Of a stretch of 64,000 nucleotides of DNA, positions 39,353 through 49,325 are shown in pieces. Within the stretch, counting starts at the first letter, position 1, and each line of letters begins with the position of its first letter. Below the pieces are notes generated by a model that saw only the letters and a program-made list of their open reading frames with translations, was not told the DNA's origin and did not search any database. The position numbers and the translations under genes were made by a program. The DNA lies in the NCBI GenBank assembly GCA_036759025.1, contig DAIOVL010000001.1, forward strand, positions 123,539 to 187,538, written 5' to 3'. Origin of the DNA: Bacteroidales bacterium (GTDB lineage: Bacteria > Bacteroidota > Bacteroidia > Bacteroidales > VadinHA17).

Positions 39353-39961
39353 TCAGAGAAATTTGACAAGGACAAGGCGCAGGCAGTTAGGGCACAGGAT
39401 GTTGAACATGTCCTTCCTTTTCAACCCGTCTTTCACATCAACTTCAGTATCGCTGTCTTCGGCAAGTTTAAGACTGTCGTTGAGAACAATCAGATTAAGG
39501 ACCGATGAGAAGGCTTTTGGGCCAAGTTTACGGTGGAGGAATTCAATGTGTTCCCTGGTGGTTATAATGGCACCACAGTTTTTACAGATAAGAAGTTCTT
39601 TTTCCTGGTATTCCACAACCCTTGATCTGTCAGTGTCGGCAATGTCGAAAATTTTATCCGAAAGCTTCACACCTTTACCTGTTATGCAATGGTCCTGACA
39701 CTGACCGCAGAAAATACATTTTCCGTAATCCCTGCGCATGATACGCACACGTTTTTCAGTATCGTCGGTAAATGTTATGGCAAGTGGAGGACATACATTT
39801 GCACATGTCTCACACCCCACGCAATTATCGTCATCAACCACTGGTTTACCCCTGAAGTTCTCAAATGGGACGTGGGCAACGGCCGGGAATCTGGTGGTAT
39901 AGGCCGGAGTCAGAAGCGATATAACTGCTTCCTTAAGCTCTCTTATCTTAGGATATCTCAT
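39353..39961 (-). CDS. NuoI/HycF/MbhN-like 2x[4Fe-4S] subunit with a C-terminal CxxC...CxxC extension
   Basis: CVGCETCANVCP and CIFCGQCQDHC, followed by an extra region of about 80 aa containing CKNCG ... CPNC. Confidence 0.8.
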   Translation of the reverse strand: MRYPKIRELKEAVISLLTPAYTTRFPAVAHVPFENFRGKPVVDDDNCVGCETCANVCPPLAITFTDDTEKRVRIMRRDYGKCIFCGQCQDHCITGKGVKLSDKIFDIADTDRSRVVEYQEKELLICKNCGAIITTREHIEFLHRKLGPKAFSSVLNLIVLNDSLKLAEDSDTEVDVKDGLKRKDMFNILCPNCLRLVLVKFL

Positions 39962-40275
39962 TTTTCCACATCTTTATAATCATCCTTTACGCTTTTGTCG
40001 CTCATCTTCACACCAAAATGATAGGTGCCCCTTATCAGGGCATGTGCTGCTACGGTAGAGCTGAAGAAAAGCAGAGGTACAGCAATCAGCGCCTTGATCC
40101 CGGCTTCGGTGAATCCGAAATGAATGAGCACACCAGCCAGGATGCTGCAGCAACCGAGAGTGACACATTTCGTGGCAGCCTGCAGTCTGTTATAGACATC
40201 AGGCAGTCTCAGCAGACCTATACAACCGAAAAGATTGAACAGGATACCAATGCTTATCACTATTAATGCGATCAT
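39958..40275 (-). CDS. Mrp/Mnh antiporter subunit G-like (MbhC-like)
   Basis: 105 aa, three TM segments, pattern GLLRLPDVYNRLQAATK typical of MnhG. Confidence 0.8.
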   Translation of the reverse strand: MIALIVISIGILFNLFGCIGLLRLPDVYNRLQAATKCVTLGCCSILAGVLIHFGFTEAGIKALIAVPLLFFSSTVAAHALIRGTYHFGVKMSDKSVKDDYKDVEK

Positions 40276-40276
40276 A

Positions 40277-40543
40277 TTATTCGTTTAATTTTTTACCGCT
40301 CAGATATTTCGCAAGGGTCAGCGTGCCAATGAAACTGAGAATTATCCAGGCAATGCCGATGTCGAGAATGAAACTCTTGCCGGTGTCGATTGAGATTATT
40401 GCACATACACCCACAACCAGTATCCCGAAAATATCTATTGCCACCATCCTGTCGGGAATGGTAGGGCCCCTGATAATCCTGTACAGACACAACCCGCTCA
40501 GGGCAATCTGGACATAAAGCAGTATTTCAAGCCAGGTATTCAT
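40277..40543 (-). CDS. Mrp/Mnh antiporter subunit F-like (MbhB-like)
   Basis: 88 aa, three TM segments, pattern RIIRGPTIPDRMVAID typical of MnhF. Confidence 0.8.
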   Translation of the reverse strand: MNTWLEILLYVQIALSGLCLYRIIRGPTIPDRMVAIDIFGILVVGVCAIISIDTGKSFILDIGIAWIILSFIGTLTLAKYLSGKKLNE

Positions 40544-41025
40544 TCCACGATCTTTTTTATGTATTTTTCAAATCTCCCCATAATCATCGAAGTATAAACA
40601 TCAGGATCAGCGGAACGTATATAGATCCAGTGAACATAGAAATCATCTCCTATGATGTCGACGGTAAGTGTCCCGGGAGTCATCGTAATTGAATTTGCCA
40701 GAAGTGTCTTTGCAAATTCCGATTTCAGGCTTGTTCTTACTTTCACAATACCAGGTTTTATTGGCATCGCCGGACTAAGGACCCTGTAGGCTACATCGAA
40801 GTTTGCCCTGATACATGCCCAGATAAAGACCACCAGGTATACAAGGCCCCAGAACCATCGCCGGGGCTGAAGAAATTTCTTAACACCCGTAAAATAAAAC
40901 CTGGCAAAAATAAGTGTGCAAACGAGCGAAGCAGCCGATCCCACTATAATGTTGGCAAAAGAGACATCAAAGGTTATAGCCAGCCAGAAGATCAGACCAA
41001 GAATGAAAAATGCCACGTATCTCAT
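40540..41025 (-). CDS. Mrp/Mnh antiporter subunit E-like (MbhA-like)
   Basis: 161 aa with two N-terminal TMs and a soluble domain (LANSITMTPGTLTVDI), the MnhE pattern. Confidence 0.75.
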   Translation of the reverse strand: MRYVAFFILGLIFWLAITFDVSFANIIVGSAASLVCTLIFARFYFTGVKKFLQPRRWFWGLVYLVVFIWACIRANFDVAYRVLSPAMPIKPGIVKVRTSLKSEFAKTLLANSITMTPGTLTVDIIGDDFYVHWIYIRSADPDVYTSMIMGRFEKYIKKIVE

Positions 41026-41026
41026 A

Positions 41027-42568
41027 TCACATTCCTAAAATTGGTGAAGTATATAACTGAGGATCAATGAGTACATTTACAGCCGGTGTCAATACCACAT
41101 CTCTTATCTGTGGTATCGCAACAAGACTCAGCAGAATACAGAACAATGCCATTATTACCATGCTCAGGACCATAGGAAAAGGAACCTCACGTATATTGTT
41201 CCCCGTTTTTGCTGCTTCCCTGTTATAAAAAGCATACCTCTGGAATTTCAGGAAAGAGGCCAGCGTGATTATGCTTACCAGCACGGCTATGACTGCAAGC
41301 AGATAGAATTTTGCCATAATAGCGGCGATGATGATTATCAGCTTACTGAAAAATCCGTTGAAGGGAGGAATGCCCGATATCGACATGGAAGCAACAAGAG
41401 AGCTTGAATATGTTGCAGGCATAAGGCCTGCCAGTCCTCCCATCTCCTTGAGATCCCTGGTGCCGGTCCTGTATTCAATGGCTCCTGCATTAAGGAAAAG
41501 AAGACTCTTAAAGGCTGCGTGGTTGATCAGATGGAAAAGGCCTCCTGCAATAGCCAGTGCAGCAACTTCAGGTTTTATACCTTTTGAAAGGAGTATCATA
41601 CCCATTCCTGCCGACATTACAACATAACCCATCTGGCTGATACTGTGATAGGCAAGAAGTCTCTTTATATCCCACTGCCCGATCGCAAGGAAAACGCCGA
41701 ACACCATTGAAAGAGCTCCAAGTGTTGTTATCAGAACAGCTGTTTCGTTACTGATAGTGAACATGTTGAAGAAGAGCCTGATGAGTACATAAATACCAAC
41801 AGCCTTGATCAATACCCCCGACAACATTGCAGAAATGGGAGAGGGGGCTGATGAGTGTGCATCAGGGAGCCAGGCATGGAAAGGTATAACTGCCGCCTTG
41901 AGGCCAAAACCGCAGAGAAGAAGCATCTGAACCAGAAGATATATCGGCTTTCCGGTTTCACTTCCCATAACCGACCTGATATCGGCAATATTAAGCGTTT
42001 TGGTACGCCAGTAGATAAACCCGATCCCGAAAAGAATAATAAGAGATGCCATTCCTCCGAGTATCTGGTATTTAAAAGTAGCTTCAAGCTCTGTCCTTCC
42101 CACTCCAAAGGCAACAAGTGCATAAGAGGATATGGCTGCTATTTCAAGAAATACGAAGATGTTAAAAATATCTCCGCTGAGAACCACTCCGTTCATGCCT
42201 GCCACCATAAGGCAGAAAAGAGCATAGTAGTTGTTCTCTGATCTGTACCGGCTGATATATGTAAAGGAATATATTACAGACAACAGACCTACAATGTTTA
42301 TTATGCAAAGAACGATAGCACTCAGACCATCGGCAACCAGGTAAATGCCGACCGGTATACCGTTAATATTATCCCAACCGCCTACTCTGTAAACAGCTTC
42401 CTTATTTCCGGTTCCGGCCATCAGCACCAGCGTTGCTGCCACAAGAAACAGTAAGCTCAGTGTAGCGATGTACTTGTTAAGATCCCTGACGAATTTTCCC
42501 AGGATCATTATCAGGAAGCCCCCTGCAAGGGGAACAGCCACCATTAAGGGTATCAGCGGATTCATCAT
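41027..42568 (-). CDS. MrpD/NuoN-type antiporter-like subunit
   Basis: 513 aa, about 14 TM segments. Conserved proton-pump family motifs are WLPDAHSSAPSPISAMLSGVLIK and HLINHAAFKSLLF. Confidence 0.85.
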   Translation of the reverse strand: MMNPLIPLMVAVPLAGGFLIMILGKFVRDLNKYIATLSLLFLVAATLVLMAGTGNKEAVYRVGGWDNINGIPVGIYLVADGLSAIVLCIINIVGLLSVIYSFTYISRYRSENNYYALFCLMVAGMNGVVLSGDIFNIFVFLEIAAISSYALVAFGVGRTELEATFKYQILGGMASLIILFGIGFIYWRTKTLNIADIRSVMGSETGKPIYLLVQMLLLCGFGLKAAVIPFHAWLPDAHSSAPSPISAMLSGVLIKAVGIYVLIRLFFNMFTISNETAVLITTLGALSMVFGVFLAIGQWDIKRLLAYHSISQMGYVVMSAGMGMILLSKGIKPEVAALAIAGGLFHLINHAAFKSLLFLNAGAIEYRTGTRDLKEMGGLAGLMPATYSSSLVASMSISGIPPFNGFFSKLIIIIAAIMAKFYLLAVIAVLVSIITLASFLKFQRYAFYNREAAKTGNNIREVPFPMVLSMVIMALFCILLSLVAIPQIRDVVLTPAVNVLIDPQLYTSPILGM

Positions 42569-42907
42569 TTATCCTCTTAAGTTCTTTATCTCCCTAATAT
42601 CGAGTGTTTTGTACTTTCTGTATATCCTGATGATCACAGACATCAGCATTGCGGTTGTTGCCAGCCCGATGACGATTGCCGTCAGCACCATCGCCTGAGG
42701 TAAGGGATCCACATAGATCGTATCGGGTGCTGCCGGGTCAATAATCGGAGCGGACCCTCCTTCAACATATCCGATCATGGCAAGGAACAGGAAAACACTG
42801 AATTCCATTATCGACAGTGATATGACTATCTTTACCAGATTCCTCCTGGTGATGATGCCATATAGCCCGACAAGGAATAGTATGAAGCAGAGCAGGTATA
42901 CCGTCAT
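42569..42907 (-). CDS. MrpC/NuoK-like subunit (MbhG-like)
   Basis: 112 aa, three TMs, RRNLVKIVISLSIMEFSVFLF pattern. Confidence 0.8.
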   Translation of the reverse strand: MTVYLLCFILFLVGLYGIITRRNLVKIVISLSIMEFSVFLFLAMIGYVEGGSAPIIDPAAPDTIYVDPLPQAMVLTAIVIGLATTAMLMSVIIRIYRKYKTLDIREIKNLRG

Positions 42908-43341
42908 TTTGTTATCTCCTCTTTAAAAATTATTAGTGCAAGGAATATGGTTAGTATCGAAGCTGCGACCTCTATCCCGATGAATATGTTGTATAATGGT
43001 ATCACGCCGGCGCTAATTAGTTCTCCCACCCTTCCTGCAGGAAGCCAGTTGCTGAAGAAAACACGGGAGCCTGTGATAAGACCTGCCAGAGCTATTAACA
43101 GAGCTGTAAAAATTGCCAGGTTCTCGGTTATCGTCGTTCCAGTCTCTTCCCTCGTAAGCTTCATGAAATCACTTCCATAAGCCAGTGTCAGAAGTATGAA
43201 CGAGCCTGCGATTATCACACCTCCGGCAAAGCCGCCTCCCGGCGTCAGATGACCATGCAGCACCACATATATACCGTAAAGGAATACTATTCCGGCTATC
43301 AGCTGGGTAGTCTTCTTCACTATCAGAGTCATGCCTTTCAT
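42904..43341 (-). CDS. MrpB/MnhB-like subunit (MbhF-like)
   Basis: [15 protein letters not shown] hallmark of the MnhB domain; 145 aa. Confidence 0.8.
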   Translation of the reverse strand: MKGMTLIVKKTTQLIAGIVFLYGIYVVLHGHLTPGGGFAGGVIIAGSFILLTLAYGSDFMKLTREETGTTITENLAIFTALLIALAGLITGSRVFFSNWLPAGRVGELISAGVIPLYNIFIGIEVAASILTIFLALIIFKEEITK

Positions 43342-43865
43342 TTCTTTCCTTTTAATCTTAATATCGTTATAACACCCAGAACTGCAGTTACAAGTACTGT
43401 TGCCTCACCCAGTGTGTCATAGCCTCTGAAGTCAAATATTACACCTGTTACAAGGTTTGCGCTTCCGGTCTTTTCAGATGCTCCTTCAATATAATGTTCA
43501 GCCATCCTGAGAGAGCCCTTCCCGAACTCATCAAGAGATCCTGATGCCATATTCAGAAAGAAAAAGATCACCGCTATGATCACCACTGCCGTGGAAATAT
43601 TAACGTAATCCCTCATATCGGGTTTGGAAAATGGTTCCCGCCTGGTGCTGTCGAGAACCACGGCGACCATTATCACCAGGGTTATTGTTTCAACCACAAT
43701 CTGGACTATGGCCAGATCAGGAGCCCGGAGCAGGAGGAAACAGATCACAAGTCCGTAACCAACTATACCACAGGCTATCACAGCTGACAACAAATCTTTG
43801 GCATGAATTGCAAAGATCGCTCCGAGGATCATTAAAACAAGTATTACCGAAATAGCCGCTTCCAT
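43338..43865 (-). CDS. MrpA C-terminal-like membrane subunit (MbhD/MbhE-like, DUF4040 type)
   Basis: 175 aa with the pattern [15 protein letters not shown] and C-terminal [19 protein letters not shown], typical of the MnhB-related N-terminal segment. Confidence 0.7.
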   Translation of the reverse strand: MEAAISVILVLMILGAIFAIHAKDLLSAVIACGIVGYGLVICFLLLRAPDLAIVQIVVETITLVIMVAVVLDSTRREPFSKPDMRDYVNISTAVVIIAVIFFFLNMASGSLDEFGKGSLRMAEHYIEGASEKTGSANLVTGVIFDFRGYDTLGEATVLVTAVLGVITILRLKGKK

Positions 43866-43876
43866 TTTTTAGCTTA

Positions 43877-45730
43877 TTAGATCATTATCAACAGAAGTAT
43901 AGCAAGGCCGGCAAGCACCCAGATAATATATCCCGACAATATACCGTTGTGCCCCAGACTTAATTTATGGCTGAACCAGAGTACAGCCTGTCTTGAGAGA
44001 TCATAAATGTCGAACCATTTCTCGTTTGCCCATCTGTACATAACCGAAAGAAACCTGAACTCCCCGAATGTTTTATAAAACTCAGGCGTCGGATAGGCGG
44101 TCTGATCATGGAATTTCTCACCTCCTATGAAGCTATCGGAAGTGCGCAATTTTTTTATACCTGTTGCCAGGTAAATTAAAATGCCGGCGAGGATCGACAC
44201 AATTACCAGCAGTGATACCAATCCTGAGCTCCAGTAGCCAGTAAAAGAGAAGGTCCCGGTAACAGGCATCAGGAGGAGTGGTACTACAAGTTTAGTGGCA
44301 AATACCCCAAAACCTACACACATCAGGGCCAGCAATGAAAGAGGAATCCACATTAAGAAAGGTACTTCCCTTACTTTTTCAAATTCGCTGCGTCTTCTTC
44401 CGAGGAAAGCACCTCCTATGAATTTGATGAAGCTTGCCAGTGTGAGAGCTGATCCCAGCACTGCAAGTCCGAGCCATATCACCCAAAGTTTGTTTGCCAG
44501 CCCTGCCCCGGAACCGAAATCAATGATTGCCTGGTAAATCATCCATTTAGATGCAAACCCGTTCAGCGGTGGTATACCCGAAATTGACATCGCGAAAATG
44601 AGCGCTGCCGCAAAAGTGACTGGCATAGCACGAGACAGACCGCCGAGATCATCTATTTTATTCTTGCCGGTCCTGTATTCAATTGCCCCTGCCGAGAGAA
44701 AGAGACCACTTTTGTACAGGGCGTGGTTTACCATATGGAATAGTCCCGCGGCCACACCAATCACTGACCCCAGACTCATTCCGAGAATCATATACCCGAC
44801 CTGGGAAACTGCATGATAGCCAAGCAGTTTTTTGTAGTCGTGCTGGATGAGGGCCATCATCACTGCAGTGATTATTGTCGAAACACCAAGAATCAGAAGA
44901 AGTAATGTAAGCCATTCTCCTGTTATGAACATCCCGTTAAGTATCCTTGCAAGAAAATAGATACCCAGCAGTTTATCGAGGGATGCAGGGAGATATGCTG
45001 AAGATACTGCCGGGGCATTCATAGCGTAATCGGGAACCCATGTATGGAAGGGGAAGGCTCCAGCTTTAGTAAAACTGCCAGCTAGCAAGGCCAGAAAAGC
45101 CACAGTTGTAACAGGGCTTCCTGTTGATATCTGTATTTCGCTCATATTGAGGGTCCCGGTTATCCTCCAGAGTATTGCAATACCTATTATCATTATGCTG
45201 TCGGAAGCTCCGATAAGTATCAGACTCTTTTTTGCAGTAGCGGAACTCTCTTCGTCTTTGCCCTCTATCAGCTTGTAAAGCGTCAGGCCCAGTATTCCCC
45301 AGAAGGTAAGGAAAAGAAGTAGGTTGTCAGCTACGGCTGCCCCATATGAGCATCCAAGCGTAAGAAGAAACCATGAGTAAAAATTTTTGATACTTCTGCC
45401 CTTGAGATAAATAAGGGAATATAAAAGTATCAGTACCGAGAACAGACTGATAAAAAAGAGTATCAGTGTACTGAGGTTATCGGTTCTTAATGAAAGATAT
45501 TTACCCGCATTCCATAAATCGGGAACAAACCGTTGTGATCCTGTAGTGTAAAGTCCTGCCGTAAGTATGCCGGCAGCCACTGCCACAACCAGGGCTGTGA
45601 TCCCCTTGATTGTCCGCGCCCTGTCTGGAATTGCGAACAACAGCAATCCTGCAGCCAGCGTAATAATTATCGCATATTCAGTATTTGCCATTGCGGCATT
45701 GGCCGATATCAGGTTTGAAAGCTCGTTCAT
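43877..45730 (-). CDS. NuoL/MrpA/HyfB-type antiporter-like subunit (MbhH-like)
   Basis: 617 aa polytopic protein with WVPDYAMNAPAVSSAYLPASLDK and HMVNHALYKSGLFL motifs. Confidence 0.85.
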   Translation of the reverse strand: MNELSNLISANAAMANTEYAIIITLAAGLLLFAIPDRARTIKGITALVVAVAAGILTAGLYTTGSQRFVPDLWNAGKYLSLRTDNLSTLILFFISLFSVLILLYSLIYLKGRSIKNFYSWFLLTLGCSYGAAVADNLLLFLTFWGILGLTLYKLIEGKDEESSATAKKSLILIGASDSIMIIGIAILWRITGTLNMSEIQISTGSPVTTVAFLALLAGSFTKAGAFPFHTWVPDYAMNAPAVSSAYLPASLDKLLGIYFLARILNGMFITGEWLTLLLLILGVSTIITAVMMALIQHDYKKLLGYHAVSQVGYMILGMSLGSVIGVAAGLFHMVNHALYKSGLFLSAGAIEYRTGKNKIDDLGGLSRAMPVTFAAALIFAMSISGIPPLNGFASKWMIYQAIIDFGSGAGLANKLWVIWLGLAVLGSALTLASFIKFIGGAFLGRRRSEFEKVREVPFLMWIPLSLLALMCVGFGVFATKLVVPLLLMPVTGTFSFTGYWSSGLVSLLVIVSILAGILIYLATGIKKLRTSDSFIGGEKFHDQTAYPTPEFYKTFGEFRFLSVMYRWANEKWFDIYDLSRQAVLWFSHKLSLGHNGILSGYIIWVLAGLAILLLIMI

Positions 45731-46929
45731 TTCAGATCATTTTTAATCCTGAGTTCCGAAGTGCGGTCAGATGATAATCCTATCAGTTCCCTGGCGTTGT
45801 ATAATTTCCTGCCCGACACTGAATCGTATACCGCTGCGAGACGTTCAGTACAGCAGTAACACGGGTCGACGGCAGCCAGAGAAATGGTTGCATCGGAGAT
45901 GGTCTGGCCGATACACGATTTTTTGAATGTCGCTATATTGGTATAACTAGGAGCCCTGATCTTGTGACGGAGGGGTGAATTTGAACCGTCGGAAAAGACA
46001 CAATGGAATACTTCTCCCCGGGGAGCTTCAGCCCTGCCGGTGCCGATACCTTCAGGTATCTCTTTGACTTTCACCAGGATATCCCCTTCTTTTTCTTTTT
46101 TGAGCCCTTCCAGACATTGTTCTATGATGGAAATTGACTCATACATTTCAAGAAGTCTTACTTCTGCTTTCGCAAACACATCACCTTCTTCAGCAGTGAT
46201 CACCTTCCAGTTCACCAGGGGATAGGCAGCATATGGATCGTCTTTTCTGACATCTATGGCAACGCCTGACGCCCTTGCTGTAGGACCTACTGCAGCATAA
46301 TCTAAGATGTCCTGCCTGGTCAGTACGCCCACTCCCTTTGTTCTTGCATGGATAACAGGGTCGTCCATTACGGCTCCTGTCAGAAGGTCATTTTTCTTTT
46401 TAAATTCGTCAAGTATCTTTTTTACAGGTTCTATCTTGTTATTTTCAATATCCCTTCTCACGCCTCCCACCCTGAACATGGCATAGCTGTTCCTGTTTCC
46501 GGTTATCATTTCGAACAGGTCGAGTATCGGTTCCCTGTATTTCCATGCCCACATAAAAACCGTATTGTAACCCAGGAAATGACCTGCCAGGCCGACCCAC
46601 AGCAGGTGACTGTGAATGCGTTCCAGCTCACCGATGATGCTTCTGATGTACTTTGTCCTGTCAGTAATCTCAACAGCCGCAATTTCTTCCACAGCGTTGG
46701 CAAAGGCAAAAGGATGTGAGGTTGAACATATTCCGCATATCCTTTCTACCAGAAAAAACACCTGGTCGTATGTTTTCGACTCAGACAGTTTCTCAATGCC
46801 ACGGTGGTTGTACCCGGTTTCCCATTTGATGTCTTTAACAATTTCACCGTCACAGTAGAGTTTAAAGAGCTCAGGCTCTTCCTGGAGCGGATGATAGGGA
46901 CCTATTGGTATGAGGAATTTCTTGCTCAT
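45727..46929 (-). CDS. Group 4 [NiFe]-hydrogenase large subunit (NuoD/MbhL/HycE-like)
   Basis: N-terminal ligand motif RICGICSTSH and C-terminal DPCYCCTER, followed by a tail of about 37 aa. Start at MSKKFLIPIGPYHP (46929); the ORF extension to 47043 overlaps the upstream gene. Confidence 0.9.
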   Translation of the reverse strand: MSKKFLIPIGPYHPLQEEPELFKLYCDGEIVKDIKWETGYNHRGIEKLSESKTYDQVFFLVERICGICSTSHPFAFANAVEEIAAVEITDRTKYIRSIIGELERIHSHLLWVGLAGHFLGYNTVFMWAWKYREPILDLFEMITGNRNSYAMFRVGGVRRDIENNKIEPVKKILDEFKKKNDLLTGAVMDDPVIHARTKGVGVLTRQDILDYAAVGPTARASGVAIDVRKDDPYAAYPLVNWKVITAEEGDVFAKAEVRLLEMYESISIIEQCLEGLKKEKEGDILVKVKEIPEGIGTGRAEAPRGEVFHCVFSDGSNSPLRHKIRAPSYTNIATFKKSCIGQTISDATISLAAVDPCYCCTERLAAVYDSVSGRKLYNARELIGLSSDRTSELRIKNDLK

Positions 46930-46936
46930 GGATTTT

Positions 46937-47374
46937 CTATTTGAACTCTTTTCTGTAAGGGTAAACGCCTTCTGCCCAGTTGCCCTCCGAAATAAGCTTT
47001 TCAAGATTAGGATGATTGATAAAATCAATACCCAGTATCTCATGTATCTCCCTTTCTATCCAGTTTGAAGCGTTAAACAGGTTGGAAAGGGATTCAATGG
47101 AGGGTTTTTCAGGGTTCAGAATAACATGAATGTTGAGAATCAGTCCTGTGCTGTCGAAACTGAAGTGGTAGTGTATTTCAAAGCCTCTCCTGGTGTGAAG
47201 TCCTGAGGCAATAATGAACCTGAAGCCTTCATCCTTGTAAAGATATTCCGCTACTTCGGTAATATTCGCGGGATCGATCGTTGCCGTGCATCTTTTGTAA
47301 CTTCTTGTTTCAGTTTCGATGACACCGGGGCCGAACTTTTCTTTTAGCTTCTTCAGTATTAATTCAGATTCCAT
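46937..47374 (-). CDS. NuoC/MbhK-like (30 kDa subunit family) hydrogenase subunit
   Basis: 145 aa with the ERE(I/V)xDxxGI-type motif (NWIEREIHEILGIDF), characteristic of NuoC/HycE N-domain proteins. Confidence 0.8.
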   Translation of the reverse strand: MESELILKKLKEKFGPGVIETETRSYKRCTATIDPANITEVAEYLYKDEGFRFIIASGLHTRRGFEIHYHFSFDSTGLILNIHVILNPEKPSIESLSNLFNASNWIEREIHEILGIDFINHPNLEKLISEGNWAEGVYPYRKEFK

Positions 47375-47420
47375 TTAACAGTATATCACGTCATTACAAT
47401 ATAATTATCATCCCTTCATA

Positions 47421-47837
47421 TCAGGGAAGGCTCTTAACCAGCTTAACTATGCCTGCTAAAATAGCTTCGGGTTTTGGAGGACAACCGGGTATATATGCAT
47501 CCACCGGGATGATCTTGTCAACCGGTCCGGCAAAGGTGTTGCCTTCTGCAAAAATCCCTCCTGTGCATCCGCATGCTCCTATGGCGACCACTAATATAGG
47601 TTTTGGAGCCTGTTCGTATAATTCCAGCAGCCTGTCCTTGTCCCTGCGGTTTATTGAGCCGTTAACAAGAAGAACATCTGCATGTCTGATGCTCCCGACG
47701 AGAAGGATGCCGAATCTTTCGAGATCGAAGCGGGGAGTCAGACAGTCGAGAATTTCAATATCGCAGTTATTGCAGGATGCTCCTCCGAAGTGGAACACCC
47801 ATAATGATTTTTTGAAGCAGTAACTTTTAAAGCCCAC
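47421..47837 (-). CDS. Group 4 [NiFe]-hydrogenase small subunit (NuoB/MbhJ-like)
   Basis: Proximal-cluster cysteines GGASCNNCDIE ... GACGCTGG ... IPGCPP. GTG 47837 is chosen because the ATG at 47903 would overlap the NuoH-like gene by 55 nt. Confidence 0.8.
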   Translation of the reverse strand: MGFKSYCFKKSLWVFHFGGASCNNCDIEILDCLTPRFDLERFGILLVGSIRHADVLLVNGSINRRDKDRLLELYEQAPKPILVVAIGACGCTGGIFAEGNTFAGPVDKIIPVDAYIPGCPPKPEAILAGIVKLVKSLP

Positions 47838-47848
47838 GTCTTTCTGTA

Positions 47849-48781
47849 TTAATAACCGAAATATGCAAGAACAATTGCGATCACGGCAATAAGATTCATC
47901 CATATCATAAAGAAGCTCACTGCCTGTTTTATTTTAAGTCGCGGATTTGTATTCCTTATAAGTGTAAGAAGCAGTACCACTCCCGCAAGTTTCAATACAG
48001 CCCATAATATGTTTATGCCGTTCAGGTTGAAGCCCTTTAGAAGCAGACCTGTAATAAACGCGGGAAGGATCAGTAACATGATGTATTTTGTAAGTTTTAT
48101 CAGGGCATAGGGAACGCCTGAATATTCAATAAAAGCACCCGAGTTGATTTCTGTTTCTGCTTCAGCCATGTCGAATGGAACAAGTCCCAGCTTGGCCTGG
48201 ATGCAGAAAATGGCAACAATAAAAAGCAGAACCCCTGAAATACTTCCGATAAAGGGTGAAGAATTCTGTTGTATGCTTATTACAGAATACAGGTCGAAGT
48301 TCTGGGACGATTTCATAATAACTCCTGCAATTACAAGGAGGAAGGTCATTTCGTAGCTGATGATAAGCTTCATCTCTCTTGATCCTCCCACTGAGGCAAG
48401 AGGATTTCCGGATGCAAGTGAACCTATCACGTATGAAAATGAGGGTATAGTAAGCAGGTAGAATATCACCAGGAGGTCACCCCTGAAACCTGAGGTAATG
48501 TTGAACAGTGGTAAAAGGATGAATATGGCAGCCGTAGTGGCGCCGAAAAGTGCAAAAACCGGAGCAGCAAGAAATATAAAAGGTGATCCCTGTTTTGGTA
48601 GGATTGTTTCTTTTACCAGCAACAGCTTAAAGAAATCATAAAAAGGCTGAAGCAGGGGAGGCCCTTTTCTGAATTGCACCCTGGCAGTTATCTTCCTGTC
48701 GAACCATGACAGGAAACCCCCGGCGACGGCTGCGAATAAAAGACCCGGAAAAACAAGAAAATAGAACAAATAGACTGCCAT
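47849..48781 (-). CDS. NuoH/HycD/MbhM-like membrane subunit
   Basis: 310 aa, about 8 TM segments. The N-terminal WFDRKITARVQFRKGP motif is typical of the NuoH family. Confidence 0.85.
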   Translation of the reverse strand: MAVYLFYFLVFPGLLFAAVAGGFLSWFDRKITARVQFRKGPPLLQPFYDFFKLLLVKETILPKQGSPFIFLAAPVFALFGATTAAIFILLPLFNITSGFRGDLLVIFYLLTIPSFSYVIGSLASGNPLASVGGSREMKLIISYEMTFLLVIAGVIMKSSQNFDLYSVISIQQNSSPFIGSISGVLLFIVAIFCIQAKLGLVPFDMAEAETEINSGAFIEYSGVPYALIKLTKYIMLLILPAFITGLLLKGFNLNGINILWAVLKLAGVVLLLTLIRNTNPRLKIKQAVSFFMIWMNLIAVIAIVLAYFGY

Positions 48782-48792
48782 GCTTGCTTATA

Positions 48793-49284
48793 TTAATCCG
48801 TTTTGTACAGAAGATCTTTTACCAGAACTTTGTTGTTCAGTCTGTAAATATTATCCCCGGGCGACTCATGTGTGTCGGTAATAGTCACAGTGCCTGGAGG
48901 ACATGCTGCGGCGAATTTTTCCATCTGCTCAGTGCTTGCCAGGTCGTAAAGAATGTCACGGTTCCTGTGATGTTTGAAAAAATCCGTCATCATTGTTCCG
49001 AAAGGACATATCGTAACACATGATTTGCACGATACACACAGGTTAGTGTGGCGGTTGATGATTCCGTCGCTGTCTTTTTCAAGGGCATCCGCCGGACAGG
49101 CAGCTATGCACGGAGCATCCTCGCATTTCCTGCAGGTAAACCTGAAGACCGCAAGTTCCCTGATTGTCTTCAGACCATTTTCGTTGCGCTTTGGATAGAA
49201 CAATGCTTCAGGCAGTTCAATTGACGGATCGTCAGCCATTATGCTCCTCAGTTTCATCAGATCGATAAGTATGCTCTTACTCAT
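48793..49284 (-). CDS. HycB/DmsB-like 4Fe-4S ferredoxin subunit
   Basis: CRKCEDAPCIAACP and CVSCKSCVTICPFG motifs. Confidence 0.75.
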   Translation of the reverse strand: MSKSILIDLMKLRSIMADDPSIELPEALFYPKRNENGLKTIRELAVFRFTCRKCEDAPCIAACPADALEKDSDGIINRHTNLCVSCKSCVTICPFGTMMTDFFKHHRNRDILYDLASTEQMEKFAAACPPGTVTITDTHESPGDNIYRLNNKVLVKDLLYKTD

Positions 49285-49325
49285 AATATCCTTGTGACAG
49301 TTTCGCTAAACCCAAATCTGAATTT

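Noticed and set aside
46930-47043. N-terminal extension of the large-subunit ORF (MRYWVLILS...); similar 5' extensions occur at 29736-29858, 36227-36286, 47838-47903, 50629-50667 and 51635-51670
   Set aside because: Each extension overlaps the upstream gene or a terminator. An internal start then gives an N-terminus typical of the family, for example MSKKFLIPIGPYHP for NuoD-like large subunits.
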